DNA of 44,183 bases from Nitrospinota bacterium (lineage in GTDB: Bacteria; UBA8248): contig JASLZZ010000117.1 in assembly GCA_030754595.1 (NCBI GenBank), forward strand, positions 1 to 44,183, read 5' to 3'. The notes below the pieces were generated by a model. That model ran no database searches. It had not been told where the DNA came from and saw nothing but the letters and a program-made list of their open reading frames with translations. The position numbers and the translations under genes are program-made. Of the stretch, positions 40,967 to 44,183 are shown one piece after another (within the stretch, counting starts at the first letter, position 1; each line of letters begins with the position of its first letter).

Positions 40967-42064
40967 ATGGCCCGTCCGTCCCGCCGCCGCGGATCGGGCG
41001 AGGAGATTCGCGGGGCGCTCTCTCGCTTGAGATCCGGAGAAGTTGACTCCCTGTACCTGCTCCATGGCCCCGAAACTTTCCTCCGGGACGAAATTGTCGG
41101 CGAAATTCGCCGGGCGGTTTTGGGTGATGAGGGAAGCGACTTCAATCACGACCTTTTCACCTGGGGCGAGACACCCGCGAGGGACATCGCCGCTGCCGCC
41201 CAGACCCTCCCGTTCATGGGTGGGCGGCGGCTGATCGAGGTCCGCGGCCTCGGGCAGGTGGCGGACCATGACACCGAGATTCTCTCCCCGCTGATCGATG
41301 ACCCGCCTCCCGAGGCCGTCGTCGTCTTCACCGCCGAGCGGGCCGATATGCGCCGCTCGTTTTTCAAGAAACTCGCCGGCGCCGGCGCCGCGCTCAAACT
41401 CGAGCCACCCCCCGAGCGGGAGCTCCCTAAATGGGCCCAGTCCCAGGCCAAGGGCCTTGGGTTCACCCTGACGCGCGAGGCGGCGATGCTCCTCACCGAG
41501 TGGATCGAGCCCTCCCTCGGACGGATTCGCTCGGAACTCGAAAAACTCGCCGCCTATCTCGGACCCGAAAAAACCGCCGGTGTGGAGGACGTGCGCAACC
41601 TCGTGGGCCGCTCCCGGGCCGAGGCGATGTATAAGCTGGGCGATATGCTCGCCGAGGGGAGGGCCGAACGCGCCCTGGCCCTCGTGGGGGACTTGAGCGC
41701 GACCGATGGCGGACCGCAGTTTCTGGTCGGTTTTCTCCGGAACCAGATTCGCCGCTGGACGATCGCCAGGGCGGCGGAGAGAAAAGGAATCAGGCAAAAA
41801 GAGCTGGCCGAATTGCTGGGGGTGCCTCCGTTCGTCGCCGAGCGTATCCAGCAGCAGGCCGGGAAGGCGAGCCCCAGGTTTTTAAGAAATCTTTACGGAA
41901 AGCTGCTCGCCGTGGACAGGCGGGTGAAGCGCTCGGGGGGGAACGCCGCCGCTCTCCGGGCGATCGAGCTGTTCGTCATTGAAATGAACCGGGATTCGAC
42001 GGGGTTCAACAGGCAGACCCAGAATCGCGTTCCCGGACGCCCGCCTACATGGGCGCGCGGATGA
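40967..42064 (+). CDS. holA: DNA polymerase III subunit delta
   Basis: YLLHGPETFL, FN, TLPFMGGRRLI, ELEKL; lptE-holA-rpsT context. Confidence 0.9.
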   Translation: MARPSRRRGSGEEIRGALSRLRSGEVDSLYLLHGPETFLRDEIVGEIRRAVLGDEGSDFNHDLFTWGETPARDIAAAAQTLPFMGGRRLIEVRGLGQVADHDTEILSPLIDDPPPEAVVVFTAERADMRRSFFKKLAGAGAALKLEPPPERELPKWAQSQAKGLGFTLTREAAMLLTEWIEPSLGRIRSELEKLAAYLGPEKTAGVEDVRNLVGRSRAEAMYKLGDMLAEGRAERALALVGDLSATDGGPQFLVGFLRNQIRRWTIARAAERKGIRQKELAELLGVPPFVAERIQQQAGKASPRFLRNLYGKLLAVDRRVKRSGGNAAALRAIELFVIEMNRDSTGFNRQTQNRVPGRPPTWARG

Positions 42065-42069
42065 GCGGT

Positions 42070-42339
42070 TTACGAGGCGGAGGCAGCGGCCCGGTTGACG
42101 CGGCGGGCAAGGCGGGAGGCTTTTCGGGAGGCCGTGTTCGAGTGAATCACCCCTTTGGAAGCCGCTTTCGCCAGATTCGTGTGCGCCTCGCGAAGAGACG
42201 CCTCGGCGCTCTCTCCGGATTCGACGGACTCAAGAACCTTTTTGACCGCGTTGCGGAGCTGGGTCCGGACGATTTTGTTGCGCGCTTTCCGGCCCACGCT
42301 CTGCCGGTCACGTTTTTTCGCCGATTTGATAGTAGCCAC
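42070..42339 (-). CDS. rpsT: 30S ribosomal protein S20
   Basis: IKSAKKR..RN..KGVIHSNTASRKASRL. Confidence 0.95.
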   Translation of the reverse strand: MATIKSAKKRDRQSVGRKARNKIVRTQLRNAVKKVLESVESGESAEASLREAHTNLAKAASKGVIHSNTASRKASRLARRVNRAAASAS

Positions 42340-42413
42340 GGCTGTTTCTATCTCCTAAAAAAAGAGGCGCCAATTGGAGAGGGCCCGGATTGAGGACTTC
42401 ACCCTGGCCGCGT

Positions 42414-42441
42414 AAAATACTTTAGTTCCGCTTTTTGTCAA
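42414..42441 (-). promoter_or_regulatory. Putative sigma70 promoter of rpsT
   Basis: Minus strand TTGACA-16 bp-TATTTT. Confidence 0.45.
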
Positions 42442-42467
42442 GCGCCCCACCGCCCCTCGGGAAATTC

Positions 42468-44087
42468 GTGACAGACGATACCGGAGAACATTCCCCAAGA
42501 GAGCCCGATTCTTCACGCTCCCCGGAGGGAAAGTCAATTGCCCGCGCCGCCGGCTCGATTAGCGCGGCCACTTTTTTAAGCCGGGTTCTCGGCTTCGTGA
42601 GGGATGTCCTCATCGCCCGCCTTTTCGGGGCCGCCCTCCTGACCGACGCTTTTTTCGTTGCTTTTGCGATACCAAGCATGTTTCGGCGCCTCCTGACCGA
42701 GGGCGCCCTGACCTCGGCCTTTATTCCGGTCTACTCGGATGTCCGCGCCCAACAAGGCGAACGCTCCGCCCGCCTCTTCTCGGGCGCCATGACGGTGAGC
42801 CTCACTGCCCTTTTGGCCGGAGTGTGCCTCCTGGGGATTTATTTCGCCCGTCCCCTGGTGGTGGCCCTCGCCCCCGGTTTCGCGGGCAGCGCCGAAAAAC
42901 TGGACCTGACGGCCCGGCTCACCCAGATCATGTTTCCGTTCCTGTTTTTTATCGGCCTGAGCGCCATCGCCGTGGGTGTACTCAACTCCGCCCGGCGCTT
43001 TTTCCTCCCGGCGCTGGCCCCCGTCGTCCAGAACCTTGTCATGATCGCCGCCCTCGTGGTGGCGGGCGGTCTGGTCGAGGCGAACGCGGCGGTAAAATGG
43101 CTGGCGTGGGGGGTGGTCGCCGGCGGGGCGCTCCAGCTCTTGATTCAGCTTCCCCTGATATCGAAACTCGGGATTTCGCCCATCCCGGTGCTCCCTTGGC
43201 GGGCGCCCAGCGTGGGTCGGTGCCTCGCCCTGATGGGTCCGGCGGCCTTCGGCATGGCCATACTCCAGATCAATGTCCTGATCGACCGGTGGCTGGCCTC
43301 GTTCCTGGCGGAGGGTTCGATCTCGTATCTCTATTACGCCAACCGCCTGGTACAGTTTCCGCACGGAATCCTGAGCCTGGCGGTGGCGGCGGCGGCTTTT
43401 CCACTGCTGGCGGACCGCGAGGCGAGAGGGAGGCACGGGAAAGAGGAGGGGTCCGCCCGCAGTCCGCTTGACGAGGCCGGGCGATTGACCCTGTTCATCA
43501 CGCTGCCCGCCGCTTTCGGGCTGATCGCGCTGGCCCGCCCGATTATGGAGGTCTTATTCGAGAGGGGGGCTTTCGTGGCGACGGACAGCTCCGCGAGCGC
43601 GGCCGCCCTCCGCGCCTATGCGCTCGGGCTCGTATTTTTCGGTTTTGTCCGCCTCATGGCGGCCGCCTATCATTCCCGCCTGGACACGAAAACCCCTGTC
43701 CGGTGCGCTAACTGGGCGGTGCTCGCCAACGTGGCGGGAAGCGTCGCCCTCATGTTTCCGCTCGGGTTCGTCGGGCTCGCGCTGGCCACTTCGCTCGCCA
43801 GCGCCCTCAACGCCTGGCTCCTTCTCGCGGGCCTGCGCGAGACGGAGGATTGGCCCGGCGGGGATCTCGCCCGGACGGCCAAACACCTGCTTCCCGTCTC
43901 CGCGGCCATGGGAGCCGGACTTTACCTATTCAACTGGGTTTTCTGGCCCGCCGGGGCGGATATCTGGGTGCGCGCCGGGGTTCTCTCCCTCGAAGTCACC
44001 GGAGGTACGGTGGCCTATCTACTTGTTTCGTGGTTTGTCATGCCCGATTCGGCAGCGCTTTGGCGCACTGCGCTGAGACGGGCCTGA
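42468..44087 (+). CDS. murJ: Lipid II flippase MurJ (MviN)
   Basis: SRVLGFVRD, DAFFVAF.IP..FRRL..EGAL, YANRLVQFP, LFERGAF, DTKTPV; start uncertain. Confidence 0.94.
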   Translation: MTDDTGEHSPREPDSSRSPEGKSIARAAGSISAATFLSRVLGFVRDVLIARLFGAALLTDAFFVAFAIPSMFRRLLTEGALTSAFIPVYSDVRAQQGERSARLFSGAMTVSLTALLAGVCLLGIYFARPLVVALAPGFAGSAEKLDLTARLTQIMFPFLFFIGLSAIAVGVLNSARRFFLPALAPVVQNLVMIAALVVAGGLVEANAAVKWLAWGVVAGGALQLLIQLPLISKLGISPIPVLPWRAPSVGRCLALMGPAAFGMAILQINVLIDRWLASFLAEGSISYLYYANRLVQFPHGILSLAVAAAAFPLLADREARGRHGKEEGSARSPLDEAGRLTLFITLPAAFGLIALARPIMEVLFERGAFVATDSSASAAALRAYALGLVFFGFVRLMAAAYHSRLDTKTPVRCANWAVLANVAGSVALMFPLGFVGLALATSLASALNAWLLLAGLRETEDWPGGDLARTAKHLLPVSAAMGAGLYLFNWVFWPAGADIWVRAGVLSLEVTGGTVAYLLVSWFVMPDSAALWRTALRRA

Positions 44088-44183
44088 GGTCGGAAATGGT
44101 CAGACCGCGGGGATCGAATCCGGTGAAACGAGGCAGGCGGCCAAACGGGGAAAATAGGGGGGCGGCGGAGGCGGGATTACTTA

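Overview
A GC-rich bacterial chromosomal segment. The gene order (alaC-hom-apgM-lysC-glyQS-ppdK-rib-nusB-lptE-holA/rpsT/murJ) resembles Deltaproteobacteria/Nitrospinota-type genomes; this is inference only. The right ~27 kb is intact housekeeping genes (aspS, era, rpsU, recO, argS, SPOR, lipA, alaC, hom, lysC, glyQ/glyS, ppdK, rib genes, nusB, lptE, holA, rpsT, murJ). The left ~16.6 kb is accessory apart from hisS and cobB. Highlights: (1) an ArsM-like methyltransferase with an in-frame UGA at a conserved Cys position, followed by a SECIS-like hairpin (candidate selenoprotein, though also frameshifted), abutting a TIGR04282/DUF2064 transferase; (2) a compact 6S-RNA-like rod overlapping the 3' end of hisS; (3) five disrupted genes, all accessory, while core genes are intact; (4) intact ORFs that have lost catalytic residues (ApgM-like, the RibA domain of RibBA, a Zn-ADH); (5) many short tandem microduplications and an AT-rich patch inside glyS. 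No tRNA, rRNA, CRISPR array or transposase was recognised.
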